64,000 nucleotides of DNA, from assembly GCF_044704955.1 (NCBI RefSeq), contig NC_091989.1, positions 104,222,001-104,286,000 on the forward strand, in the 5' to 3' direction. The translations under genes and the position numbers were made by a program. The stretch is from Pristiophorus japonicus (lineage: Eukaryota). Every line of letters starts with the position of its first letter. The stretch's first letter is position 1. Below the pieces are notes generated by a model. The model was not told where the DNA came from. It saw only the letters and a program-made list of their open reading frames with translations, and ran no database searches. Below are positions 51,010 to 64,000 of this stretch, piece by piece.

Positions 51010-52290
51010 AGATGAAGAATGGCAGATGGTCAAAGGAAGATTTATTCGGGGAAAGCTCCCTCGAGAGCTGTTATTCCATCTTCCATCTCAGCGAGTCACG
51101 CAGGGCTGCGTCATCGCGCCAACTCTCTTCTCGATCTTCCTCACTGCAATGCTCCACCTCACGCTCAACAAGCTCCTTGCTGGAGTGGAACTAACCTATA
51201 GAACCAGTGGGAACCTGTTCAACCTTCATCGCCTCCAGGCAAGATCCAAGACCGTTCCATCCTGTGTCATCGAGCTACAGTATGTGGATGATGCCTGCGC
51301 TTGCGCACATTCAGAGGCTGAACTCCATGTCATCGTCAACATCTTCACCGAGATTTATGAAAGCATGGGCCTTAGGCTAAACATTCGTAAGACAAAGGGC
51401 CTCCACCAACCCGACCCCGTCAAACATCATTGCCCCCCAGTCATCAAGATCCACGGTGCGGCCCTGGACAACATAGACCACTTTCCATACCTCGGGAGCC
51501 TATTATCAGCAAGGGCAGACATCGATGACGAGGTTCAATACCACCTCCAGTGCACCAGCGAAGCCTTCGGCTGCCTAAGGAAGAGAGTATTCAAAGATCA
51601 GGCCCTCAAATCTGGCACGAAGCTCATGGCTTACAAGGCTGTAGTAATACTCGCCCTCCTCTATGGCTCAGAGACGTGGACCGTATGCAGTAGACAACTC
51701 AAATTGCTGGAGAAATACCACCAACGACGTCTGTGCAAGATCCTGCAAATTCCCTGGGAGGATAGACGACCAACCCGAGTGTTCTTGATCAAGTAAACAT
51801 CCCCAGCATGGAAGTACTGACCACACTCACCAGCTCAGTTGGGCAGGCCACGTTGTTCGCATGCATGACTCACGACTCCCAAACCAAACGCTCTACTCGG
51901 AACTCCTACACGGCAAGTGAGTCCCAGGTGGGCAGTGCAAACATTTCAAGGACTCCCTCAAAGCCTCCTTGAGAAAGTGCAACATCCCCACCGACATATG
52001 GGAGTCCCTGGCCAAAGATCGCCCTAAGTGGAAGAAGAGCATCAGGGAGGGCACTGAGTACATCGAGGCTCGTCGCCGAGAGCATGCAGAAAAAAAGCGT
52101 AGGCAGTGGAAGGAGCGTGCGGCAAACCAGACTCCCAACCCACCCTTTCCTCCAACAACTGTCTGTCCCACCTATGACAGAGATTGTAATTCCCGTATTG
52201 GACTGTTCAGCCACCTCAGAACTCACTTTCGGAGTGGAAGCAAGTCTTCCTCGATTTCGAAGGACTGCCTATGATATGATGATGATGATA
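51010..52290 (+). mobile_element. RTE-clade LINE, 5'-truncated (RT C-half and 3' end)
   Basis: QGCVIAPTLFSIF, LQYVDD, FPYLGS, LLYGSETW, IGLFSHLRTH; (ATG)n tail. Confidence 0.94.
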
Positions 52291-53944
52291 TTTAGGTCTG
52301 ACTATACTTTACCATGAACATTTAGTGCAAGCTCATTAAATGGCTGTAGTTTCAGCGCGAGAGACAGCGGGTTTGACGACTCGATGGTATCTCATTGCGA
52401 CGTGATGAGATCACTCCCTGGTTGTTTCCTGCTTCAATTAGCACCAAGCCTCTCACTCCTTGCTTTAGGCCACATATTGGTTAACTTCATTTTTACATTG
52501 AAAATTAACTGAAATATTTAATATTCAGACTTAATTAATATTTAAAACTTTTAAACTTACTATCAGGTAGTTACGTAATTGTATAAATGCAGATAACTGA
52601 GTCAATTTTCAAACATTAATGGATGCCCGTCCATAAGCTCAGTACTTTAAAGCAAAGTAAAGAACTTTCATTGATATGGCATCTTAATCACCTACTCAAG
52701 ACATTCCAAAGAACATCACACTCAATTAGTTATTTTTGAAGTGCAGTCATTGCTCTTATTTTGACAATTGTGCAGCTAATTTGTGCAAAAGGCTCCACAG
52801 GCAGCAACTTAGGTGTCTTAATGAGTTAATTTATTTTAAAGGCTCAGTGTTGAATGTAGAATGTTGGCTGGCACATCACAATATCTCCCTGTTCTTGTTC
52901 CAAATAATAGTGGGGCATGTTACATTCAGCAAAATGGCAACAGGGAAAGTGGGTCTAAGTTTGAGGCCTTGTCCAAAAATTGAGAAATGGGACAATGCGG
53001 CGTTCCTTCAGTATTCACAAACTGACTGTAGATAAAGACAGAAATAAAACCAGTGTGGATTGTTAATATATTTCAAGTATTGATGACTTCTTATTCACTA
53101 TGAAAGGGTGACAGTAGATAAACTACTGTGTATGGAACGCTAGATAAACTACTGTGTATGAGAATCACATCACTCATGCCATATCAATAGATATGTAACA
53201 TGTGTAATGAAACATTTGCTTTCTGATAACATATTTCAAATAATATAGTTTACATATTCACCGGCCCTGACCCTGTGATGAAACTGGATGTATATAGAAA
53301 ATATTGAAATTTTAATTCTCTTTCAATAAAGGGCAGTTTTTGAAATACGTTCTCTGGGTGTCGGCATCGCTGGCAAGGCAAGAATTCATTGCCAATCAGT
53401 ATTTGTCCTTGAGATGTTGGTGATAGACCTTCTTCTTGAACCGTTGCAGTCTGTCAGATGCAGCTACTCCTACAGTGCAGTTAGGCATGGAGTTCCAGGA
53501 TTCTGACCATGCAGTGAAGCAGAAAGCAAGATAAATGTTCACGTATGGATGGTGTGTGACTTGGGGAGAATTTTGGAGTTGATGCTGTTGCCATAAGAAC
53601 ATAAAAATGGAGCAGGAGTAGACCTTTCAGCACTTCAAGCATGCTCTGCCATTCAATAAGATCATGGCTGATCGTCTACCTCAAACGCACATCCCACATT
53701 ATCCCCACATTCCATGATTCAATTATTATCCAAAAACTTATCGATATCTGTGTTGAACATATTCAAAGACTAAGCATCCACAGCTCTCGGTGCAGAGAAT
53801 TCACAACCCTTTGAGTGAAGAATCTTCTCCACATCTCAGTCCTAAATAGCCAACCCCTTATTCTGAGACTGCGAACCCTGCTCAATCATATTATCATATT
53901 GTCATTCTCTAAGTGCCCTCTTACCATGTCTGTAATAAAAGATT

Positions 53945-56009
53945 AGAAATATAGAAACATAGAAAAGAGGCGCATGAGTAGGCCATTCGGCCCTTCGAGC
54001 CTGCACCACCATTCAATAAATCATGGCTGATCATTTACCTCAGTACCCCTTTCCTGCTTTCTCTCCATACCCTTTGATCACTTTAACCATAAGGGCCATA
54101 TCTTGAATATAACCAATGAACTGGCATCAACAGCTCTCTGCGGTAGGAAATTCCACAGGTTAAAAATTGTCTCAGTGAAGAAGTTTCTCCTCATCTCAGT
54201 CCTAAATGGCTTACCCCTTATCCTTAGACTGTGTCCCCTGGTTCTGGACTTTCCCAACATCGGGAACATTCTTCCTGCATCTAACCTGTCCAGTCCCGTC
54301 AGAATTTTACATGTTTCTATGAGATCTCCTCTCATCCTTCTAAACTCCAGTGAATACATGCCCAGTTGATCCAGTCTCTCCTCATATGTCAGTCCTGCCA
54401 TCCCGGGAATCAGTCTGGTGAACCTTCGCTGCACTCCCTCAATAGCAAGAATGCCCTTCCTCAGATTAGGAGGCCAAAACCGGACACAATATTCCAGGTG
54501 AGGCCTCACCAACTGAGGCCTATACAACTGCAGGATCCTGATCCTATACTCAAATCCCCTAGCTATGAAGGCCAACATGCCATTTGCCTTCTTCACCGCC
54601 TGCTGTACCTGCATGCCAACATTCAATGACTGATGTACCATGACAGCCAAGTCTGGTTGCACCTCCCCTTTTCCTAATCTGCCATCATTCAGATAATATT
54701 CTGCCTTCGTGTTTTTGCCACCAAAGTGGATAACCTCACATTTATCCACATTATACTGAATTTGCCATGCATTTGCCTACTCACCAAACCTATCCAAATC
54801 ACCCTGCAGCCTCTTAGCGTCCTCCTCACAGCTCACACCGCCACCCAGCTAAGTGTCATCTGCAAACCTGGAGATTTTACATTCAATTCCTTCAACTAAA
54901 TCATTAATGTGTATTGTAAATAGCTGGGGTCCCAGCACTGAGCCCTGCGGCAGCCCACTAGTCACTGCCTGTCATTCTGAAAAGGACCCGTTTAACCCGA
55001 CTCTCTGTTTCCTGTCTGCCAACCAGTTCTCTATCGTCAGTACATTACCCCCAATACGATGTGCTTTAATTTTGCACACCAATCTCTTATGTGGGACCTT
55101 GTCAAAAGTCTTTTGAAAGTCCAAATATACCACATCCATTGGTTCTTCCTTGTCCACTCTACTAGTTACATCCTCATAAAATTCCAGAGGATTTGTCAAG
55201 CATGATTTCCCTTTCATAAATCCATGCAGACTTGGACAGATCCTGTCACTGCTTTCCAAATGCGCTGCTATTTCATCTTTAATAATTAATTCCAACATTT
55301 TCCCAACTACTGATGTCAGACTAACCAGTCTATAATTACTCGTTTTCTCTGTCCCTCCTTTTTTTAAAAAGTGGTGTTACATTAGCTACCCTCCAGTCCA
55401 TAGGAACTGATCAAGAGTTGATAGAATGTTGGAAAATGATTACCAATGCATCCACTATTTCTAGAGCCATTTCCTTAAGTACTCTAGGATATAGACTATC
55501 AGGCCCTGGGGATTTACCGGTTTTCAATCCCATCAATTTACCCAACACAGTTTCACGGCTAATAAGGATTTCCTTCAGTTCCTCCTTCTCACTAGACCCT
55601 CAGTCCCCTAGTATTTCAGGAAGGTTATTTGTTCAATTGGTCTACCATTTCTTTGTTACCCATTATAAATTCACATGAGTCTGACTGCAAGGGTCCTACG
55701 TTTGTCTTCACTAATCTTTTTCATGTCACATATATATAGAAGCTTTTGCAGTCAGTTTTTATGTTCCGAGCAAGCTTCCTCTCATATTCTATTTTCCCCC
55801 TCCTAATTAAAGCCTTTTGTCCTCCTAGGCTGAATTCTAAATTTCTCCCAGTCCTCAGGTTTGCTGCTTTTTCTGGCCAATTTATATGCCTCTTCCTTGG
55901 ATATAATGCTATCCTTAATTTCCCTTGTTAGCCACGGTTGAGCCACCTTCCCCGTTTTATTTTTTACTCCAGACAGGGATGTACAATTGTTGAAGTTCCT
56001 CCATGTGAT
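53945..56009 (-). mobile_element. CR1 LINE, 3' half (collinear with 60490-62850)
   Basis: Tail at 53945, minus-strand RT ORFs, ends in the EN-RT tether at ...ccatgtgat. Confidence 0.95.
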
Positions 56010-57100
56010 TCTAGCATTTTCCCTATTACTGATGTCAGGCTAACTGGTCTATAATTCCCTGTTTTCCTTAGCACTCCATTCTTGAATAGCAGGCTTACAT
56101 TTGCTACCTTCCAATCTTTGGGAAACCATTCTAGAATCTAGAGTTTTCAGAAAGACTAAAACCAATGTATCCATTATCTCTCTAGCAACCTCTTTTAAAT
56201 CTCTAGGATGTAATCCATCAGGTCCAGAGGATTTGTCAGCTTTTAGTCCCATTAATTTCGACAGTACTATTTCTTCAATAATACTAATTCTGTAAGTTCT
56301 GCATTCTCACTAGACCCTTGGCTCCCCACTATTTCCAGAATGGTTTTTGTGGGTTTTTTCTGTAAGGCAGATACAAAGCATTTGTTTAATGTCCCTGGCA
56401 TTTCCTTATTCCCCATTATAATTTATCTTGCCTCCACCTGTGAGGGACCCACGTTTACTTTTGATAATCTCTTCCGTTTTACATACCTATAGAAGTTTTT
56501 AATACAAGGTTATTAATTTGACCCATTTCATTTCACAATACTAGTTCAAAATAATCTGTTTCCGAGTTGGTTCCTCGACGTACTGATTCCTGTTGTTCTT
56601 AGCTCCACCCAAAAGTGATTCTACATCTTCATTTTCTGAGCTAAAATCCTTTCTCTTCACTGTCTATATCCCAATCTTTATTATCAGTGCTATCACCCTA
56701 CCCTATTTTTCCATTCTGCCTATCTCTTCGAAAAGTCCAATATTTTAGAATATTTATTTCCCAGCCTTGGCCATTCTGCAATCATGTCTATGTGATGGCT
56801 TATAAATCAAGCCCATTTATTTCTATCTTTGCAATTAATGCATTTATTTTGTTGCAAATGCTTTGCACATTCAGATATAGTGCCTTTAGCATTAAAAAAA
56901 TTGTATGTTTATCTGATAACACCCCAGTCCTATTAATATAATATCCTATTACCATTGTTAAGCTCTGTCTCTTCCTGACCATTCTGATAGATTTTACCCA
57001 AATCATTTCCCTGCTCTACAGCCGTGGTATTTCTCTTACTACTTTGGAATGTGCCTTTTCCTGAATCCTCCCACCCCTCTCCACTAGATGAAATCCCTAT
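56010..57100 (-). mobile_element. Older degenerate CR1 fragment
   Basis: [14 protein letters not shown] and LKALYLNVQSICNK remnants. Confidence 0.85.
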
Positions 57101-57419
57101 CTACCACCCTGGAGCTTCACTTTGACTGCAATTTCCACAATCAAAATGTCATGCTTGTTAAAGTGTGCCATTAAATTCAGTGGGTGTTCTCCTCATCTGC
57201 CATAACTTTGGTATAGACTGGCAACATCTTTAGAGAAACAGAGCAAATGTCTGTAAAACTGCAAACATCGCTGTGGAATTTCATGGCTTGTAAGCTGGCA
57301 TATAAAGTAAAGATCAAACTTTTCATGCTTGTGCTTCCAGCATAGTCAGAGATAATATTGTAAAAATGTTGCACCTCTAGATGATAATTGTAAGAAGCAA
57401 AAAAGTTATATTTAGATGC

Positions 57420-59760
57420 TTCATACTCCTGTATCACCATCCCTGGGTATGTCCTGTCCCAACGACAGGACAGACTGTGGCAGCACAGACGTATGCAGTC
57501 AGGAGAGAGTAGCCATGGAATTTCTCAACATTGACTCCATAAAGTCTCATGGCATCAGATCAAACATGGGCAAGAATCCTGCTGATTAGCGCCCACCCTC
57601 AGCTAATTAATTGGAATTCCTCCACATTTAACACCATTTCGAAGCAGCACTGAGGGCAGCAAGGGAACAAATTTACTCTCGGTAGGAGACTTCAATGTCC
57701 ATCAGCTCAAATTCTGGGCATCTATGAGGCGCTATGCACAATCAGCAGCAGCTGAATTGTATTCTACCTCAATCTGTAGCCTTATGGCTCAGCATATCCA
57801 TCACTCTACCAATAGCATCAAGCCAGGGGACCACTACTGGTTCAAAGAAGCACGTAGAAGAACATGCCGAAAGCAGCACCAGGCATACCAAAAAATGAGA
57901 TTCCAACCTGTCGAAACTACAACAGAAGAAACAGCATGCTATAGTTAGAGCTAAGAAATCCCACAAAAAACTGATCTGATCAAAGCACTGCAGCCTGCCA
58001 CATCTAGTCGTGATTGGTGTTGGATGTTTAAACAACTAACAGGAGGAGGGGGCTCCATGAACATCCTCATCCTCAATCATGGTGGAGCCCAGCTTGTGTA
58101 TGCAAAAGACAAAGCTGCGGCATTTGCAACAATCTTCAGCCAGAAGTGCCAAGTCAATGATCAATCTCACCTTCTCCTGAGATTGCGAACATCACAGAAA
58201 CCAGTCTTCAGCCAATTCGATTCATTCCAAGTGATATAAGGAAACGTATGATCACATGAATACTGAAAATGCTATGGGCCCCCACAATATCCCGGCTGTA
58301 ATGCTGAAGACTTGTGCACCAGAATTTCCTCTAGCTATGCTGCACCAGTACAGCGACAGCACTGGCGTCTACCCAACAAAGTGGAAAATTATACAGTTAT
58401 GTCATGTCCATAAAAGTAGGACAAATCCATTCCAGTTTACTACCACCCCACCATACATTCTCAATCACCAGCAAAGTGGTCATCGTAAGTGCTATCAATT
58501 GGCAATTACTCACCAATAATCTGCTCACCAATGCTCAGTTTGGTTTCCGCCAGGACCACTCGGCTCAAGACTTAGTTACAGCCTTTGTTCAAACATCGAC
58601 AAAAGCAATGAATTCAGTGGTGATGTGAGAGGAACTGCCCTTGCCATCAAGAGAGAATTTGACTGAATATGGCTTCTAGGAGCCATAGTAAAATTGAAGA
58701 CAATGAGAATAAGGGGAAAATACTCTCCACTGACTGGAATGATACCTAGTACAAAGGAAGATGTTTGTCGTCGTTGGACCCAGCCAGCTCAACCCCAGGA
58801 CATCACTGCAGGAGTACATCAATTTATTGGCCTAAGGCCAATGGTCTTCAGTTACTTAATTGATGAGGGTCCTTCCATCATATGGTCATAAGTGGGGATG
58901 TTTGCTGAAGATTTTACAGTGTTCAGTTCCATTCACAAACCTTCAGATAATGAAATAGTCTTTTCCCGCATGCAGCTAGATCTAGAAAACATTCATGCTT
59001 GGGCTGATAGTGGCATGTAACATTTGCACCACAAATGTTGCAGGCATTGACCATTTCCTACAATCTAACCACCTCTCCTTCGCATTCAATGCATTATCAT
59101 CAAATCCCTTACATTGAACATCGTGAGGTTCACCAATGAACAGTAATGTAACTGGACCAGCCACATAAATAATGTGCCTACAAGAATAGGTCAGACACTG
59201 AGTATTCTGTGATGAGTGCCTCACCTAATGACGTGCCAAACAATTTCCGCCCGCCAAGTCAGGAGTCTGATGGAATATTCTTCACTTGGCTGGATAAGGG
59301 CAGCTCCAACAATGCTCAAGAAGTTCAGCATCATCCAGGACAAAGCATCCCCTTTGATAGGCATCACATCCACCACCTTAAACATTCACTCCATCGACAA
59401 TGCACCATGGCTGCAGTGTGTACCATCTACAAGATGCACTGCTGCAACTCACCAAGGATTCTTCAACAGCACCTCCCAAACATATGACCCCTACCACCTA
59501 GAAGGACAAGGGCAACAAGAAAAACCCTCTCCAAGTTTCCCTTCAAGTGACATACAATTCTGACTTGAAAATATATCTTCAAGCCTTCATAGTCGCTGAG
59601 TCAATATCCTGGAACTCCATACCAAACAGCACTATGGGAGTGCCTCCACCAGATGGCCTGTTCCAGTTCTAAATGGCGGCTCACTCCACTTTCTCAAGGG
59701 AAATGAGGGATGATCAATAAATGCTTGCCTTGCCCGAAACACCCACACCCTGTGATTAAT
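57420..59760 (+). mobile_element. Old LINE of a different CR1/L2-group family
   Basis: GPHNIPAVMLKTCAPE, QFGFRQDHSA, QVRSLMEYS remnants; its 3' end recurs at about 47900-48010 and, inverted, at 53360-53590. Confidence 0.8.
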
Positions 59761-60489
59761 CACTACAATTAAAATGCAGCCGGAAACTGGAGTCAGGGCT
59801 AATGGGTATAAATTCTTCATCTCCGGTAGTGGATAAACGGGCAACAGCACAACGTCAGCGCATTTTGCACCCTGCCTGATTTTTCTTTGCATTTATTTCA
59901 ATGGAAAAATAATCGGGTGGAGTGCAAAGCAGACTGTCGATTCACTATCGCTCATTTTTCCCAGCTGCACAAGACGAATGTATAACCAAATATGACACTG
60001 GGGTCGACTGAGTTTCTGTGATATGAAAAATCGGACAGGGTGCATATTCGGTGGCCGACGTTCCACCGCCCATTCTGCGCTCCCATGAAGATTGAATTTC
60101 ACTCCCTCAGTTGCTGTCAGATCAAAGTGATTGCTGCAGCAGATTGCAGCCCAGAGAGTAAATCCAGTCTTCAGTGGTTCTCGTTGCAAAGGCAAATTGA
60201 GCAAGGATTCGGGAAGAAAAATATAATTAGATCTAAAATTGTGCCCCAATTGGCTGCTGTACTTGGGATTAGATTGAAGGTATTTTAGCCACTTCAGATT
60301 TGCCAAAACTATTTTATGTGTATGTTTGATGGTACCATGATACTAATAAACAAAATAATTTGAATATGATTTTGAATGGATAAGTGTGCCCTCTAGACCT
60401 AAATTGAACTCGGAATTGATTGCCTCGTATTCCCATTGGTAACGTTTGAAAGCGTAGTTTACCACAAGTAATCCGGAAAGCAAATAGAA

Positions 60490-62850
60490 TGTTGAAGTTC
60501 ATCCATGTGATCTTTAAATTTCAGCCATTGCCTATCCACTGTCAACCCTTTAAGCATCATTCGCCAGTCTATCCTAGCCAATTCATGTCTCATACCATCA
60601 AAGTTACCTTTTTTTAAGTTCAGGACCCTAGTCTCTGAATTAACTGTGCCACTCTCCATCTTAATGAAGAATTCTACCATATTATGGTCACTCTTCCCCA
60701 AGGGGCCTCACAAAACAAGATTGCTAATTCATCTTCTCGCATTCCATAACACCCAGTCGAGGATGGCCAACTTTCCAGTTGGTTCCTCGACATATTGATC
60801 CAGAAAACCGACCCTTATACATGCCAGGCAATCCTCCTCCAACGTCTTGCTACCAGTTTGGTTCGCCCAATCTATATGTAGATTAAAGTCACCCATGATA
60901 ACTGCTGTACCTTTATTGCACGCATCCCTAATTTCCTGTTTGATGCCATCCCCAATGTCACTACTACTGTTGGTTGTCTGTACACAACACCCACTAGCAT
61001 TTTCTGCCCTTTGGTGTTTCACAGCTCTATCCATACAGATTCCACATCATCCAAGCTAATGCCCTTCCTTACTATTGCATGAGTCTCCTCTTTAACCAGC
61101 AATGCTACCCCACCTCCTTTTCCTTTCTGTCTATCCTGCCTGAATATTGAATACCCCTGGATGTTGAGTTGCCAGCCTTGGTCACCCTGGAGCCATGTCT
61201 CCGTAATCCCAACTGCATCATATCTATTAACAGCTAGCTGCGCAGTTAATTCATCCACCTTATTATGAATAATCCTCGCATTGAGACACAGAGCCTTCAG
61301 GCTTGTCTTTTTAACACTCTTTGTCCTTTTAGAATTATGTTGTAATGTGGGCCTTTTTGATTTTTGCCTTTGATTTCCCTGTCCTCTACTTTTCCTTATC
61401 TCCTTTCTACCTTTTGCTTCTGCCCCCATTTTACTTCCTTCTGTCGCCCTGCATAAATTCCCATCCCCATGCCATATTAGTTTAAGCCCTCCCCAACAGC
61501 ACGAGCAAACACTCCCCCCTAGGACATCAGTTCCGGTCCTGCCCAGGTGCAGACCATCTGGTTTGTACTGGTCCAACCTCCCCCAGAACCGGTTTCAATG
61601 TCCCAGGAATTTGAATCCCTCCCTCTTGCACCATCCTCAAGCCACGTATTCATCTGAACTATCCTGCTAGTTCTACTCTGACCAGCACGTGGCAATGCTA
61701 GCAATCCTGAGATTACTACCTTTGAGGTCCTACTTTTTAATTTATCTCCTAGCTCCTTAAATTCAGCTTATAAGAACGAATCCTTTTTTTTTTACTTATA
61801 TCGTTGGTACCTATATGCATCATGACAACTGCCTGTTCAGCCCCCACCCCCTCCAAAATGCCCTGCAGCTGTTCCGAGACATCCTTGACCATTGCACCAG
61901 GGAGGCAATATACCATCCTGGAGTTTCATTGCGGCCACAGAAACGCCTAACTATTCCCCTTACAATAGAATCCCTTACCACTACAGTTCTCCCACTCTTT
62001 TTCCTGTCCTGCTGTGCAGCAGAGCCACCCATGGTGCCATGAACTTGGATGCTGCTGCATTCCCCAGATGAGCCATCTCCCTCAACAGTACCCTAAACGG
62101 TATATCTGTTTTGGAGGGAGCTGACCACAAAGGACAGCTGCACTATCTTCCTTCCACTGCTCTTCTTGCTGGTCACCCATTCCTATCTGCCTGTGTAACC
62201 TTTGCCTGTGGTGTGACCAACTCATTAAATGTGCTATTCACGACATCCTTAGCATCGCAGATACTCCAGAGTGAATCCATTGCCACAATGAGATCTGTCA
62301 GGAGCTGTAGCTAGACACACTTCCTGCAAACATAGTAGTCAGGGACACTGGAAGCGTCCCTGATTTCCCACATAGCAAAGGCAGAGCATGACACTGGTCT
62401 GGGCTCTCCTGCTATGACGTAATCCTTAAATTAACTTAATTTGGCAACAATGCCAAAGGTTACCTACTGATAAGAAAAAAAGAAAAAGAAAAAGATTAAA
62501 TACTCACCAATCCACCAGCCAATCACTTACCCGCTTGGCTGTGACGTCACACTTCGATTTCTTTTTACTTTTTTGTGTACCTTCTGCCCCTGCACCAGCT
62601 AGTCTCCTCCCAATGGCCGCATCCATTTATTGGTCTCCCGGACTGCCGCTCCTGCTCCTGTGGCCTCCTCCTGAAGGCTGCGCCCTTTTATGGGTCTCCC
62701 AAACTGCCACTCCCACTCCTGTGGCCTCCTCCCGACTGCCGCGCCCTTTTATGGGTCTCCCGAACTGCAGCTCCTGCTCCTGTGGCCTCCTCCCAATTGC
62801 CGCGCCCTTTTATGGGTCTCCCAAACTGCCACTCCCGCTCCCGCTCCAGA
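60490..62850 (-). mobile_element. CR1 LINE, 5' half: 5' UTR, ORF1 (SGNH esterase-like) and ORF2 endonuclease
   Basis: VVVRDSIVRG and PDGLHL esterase motifs; LCLNAR, GITETWL, GDFN, SDHN endonuclease motifs. Confidence 0.93.
62600..62845. repeat. About 54-bp GC-rich tandem repeat at the CR1 5' end
   Basis: Four units of gcgcccttttatgggtctcc...actgcc.ctcc..ctcctgtggcctcctcc. Confidence 0.85.
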
Positions 62851-63821
62851 TATTTACAATATACATTAATGATTTAGATAAAGGAATTGAATGTAATACC
62901 TCCAAGTTTGCAGATGACACTAAGTTGGCTGGCAGTGTGAGCTGTGAGGAGGATGCTAATACGCTGCAGGGTGACATGGACAGGTTAGGTGAGTGGGCAA
63001 ATGCATGGCAGATGCAGTATAATGTGGATAAAAGTGAGTTTATCCACTTTGGTGGCAAAAACGGGAAAGCATAATATTATCTGAATGGTGACAGGTTAGG
63101 AAAAAGAGAGGTACAACGAGACCTGGGAGTCATGGTACATCAGTCACTGAAAGTTGGCATGCAGGTACAGCAGTTGGTAAAGAAGGCAAGCGAAAGGATT
63201 AGAGTATAGGAGCAGGGAGATTTTACTGCAGTTGTAGAGAGCCTTGGTGAGGCAACATCTTGAATATTGTGTACAGTTTTGGTGTCCTAATCTGAGGAAG
63301 GACATTGTTGCTATTGAGGAAGTGCAGCGAAGGTTCACCAGACTGATTCCCAGGATGGCAGGACTGACATATGAAGAAAGACTGGATTGACTAGGCTTAT
63401 ATTCACTGGAATTTAGAAGAATGAGAGGGGATCTTATAGAAACATATAAAATTCTGACGGGATTAGATCAGATTAGATGCAGTAGGAAGTTTCCAGATGT
63501 TGGGGAAGTCCAGAACCAGGGTTCACAGTCTAAGGATAAGGGGTAAGCCATTTAGGACCGAGATGAGGAGAAACTTCTTCACTCAGAGAATTGTGAACCT
63601 GTGAAATTCTCTGCCACAGAAAGTTGTTGAGACAAGTTCGTTAGATATATTCAAAAGGGAGTTAGATGTGGCCCTTACGGCTAAAGGGATCAAAGAGGTA
63701 TAGAGAGAAGACAGGAATGGGGTAATAAGTTGCATGATCAGCCATGATCATATTGAATGGTGGTGCAGTCTCGAAGGGCCGAATGGCCTATTCCTGCACC
63801 TATTTTCTATGTTTCTATGTT
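62846..63821 (+). mobile_element. 5'-truncated CR1, head-to-head with the preceding copy
   Basis: [17 protein letters not shown] through to the TTTCTATG tail. Confidence 0.94.
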
Positions 63822-63828
63822 TATACTT

Positions 63829-64000
63829 TAATGTTAGCCTTTATTGCAAGGGGGATAAATTATAAAAGAAGAGATGTCCTACTACAACTGTACATGATAT
63901 TGGTGAGGCCACACCTAGAGTACAGCATACAGTTTTAGTCTCTGTATTTAAGGAAGGATATACTGGCATTGGAGGTTGTTCAGAGAAGCTTCACTAGGTT
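63829..64000 (+). mobile_element. CR1 fragment running off the window end
   Basis: MLAFIARG...LVRPHLEYS. Confidence 0.88.

Noticed and set aside
60490-63821. Twin-priming 5' inversion of a single CR1
   Set aside because: No TSD around the pair, and the minus-strand part continues exactly into the CR1 half at 53945-56009.
3692-63938. Numerous short ORFs on both strands of CR1/RTE copies
   Set aside because: Fragments or antisense shadows of LINE ORF2, not independent genes.

Overview
Eukaryotic vertebrate genomic DNA, very likely from a cartilaginous fish (inferred from the CR1/HER1-type LINEs with (TTTCTATG)n tails and DeuSINE remnants). Roughly half or more of the window is transposable element. 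It opens with the 3' half of an endogenous retrovirus (integrase, a 51-aa accessory ORF, a frameshifted env, 3' LTR 3101-3562) inserted into a CR1 LINE. Between the repeats lies a tandem cluster of three paralogous + strand immunoglobulin-superfamily receptor genes with non-rearranging leader / germline-joined VJ / C1-set / TM / cytoplasmic exons. Copy A has an intact C1 exon (6189-6500) but has lost the TM region. Copy B (16028-19713) has a SIRP-alpha-like tail with four tyrosine-motif positions (ITIM/ITSM) but a C1 frameshift and no clean TM exon. Copy C (38133-44510) is a clear pseudogene with an Arg at the start of its TM. Also present: a non-autonomous gag-pro Gypsy LTR element with both LTRs and a TSD (27417-33510), many CR1 and RTE fragments, and a near full-length CR1 split by a 4.5 kb segment bounded by a 22-bp duplication. 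Exon models were built by hand from splice signals, phase and paralog comparison; no database search was run.
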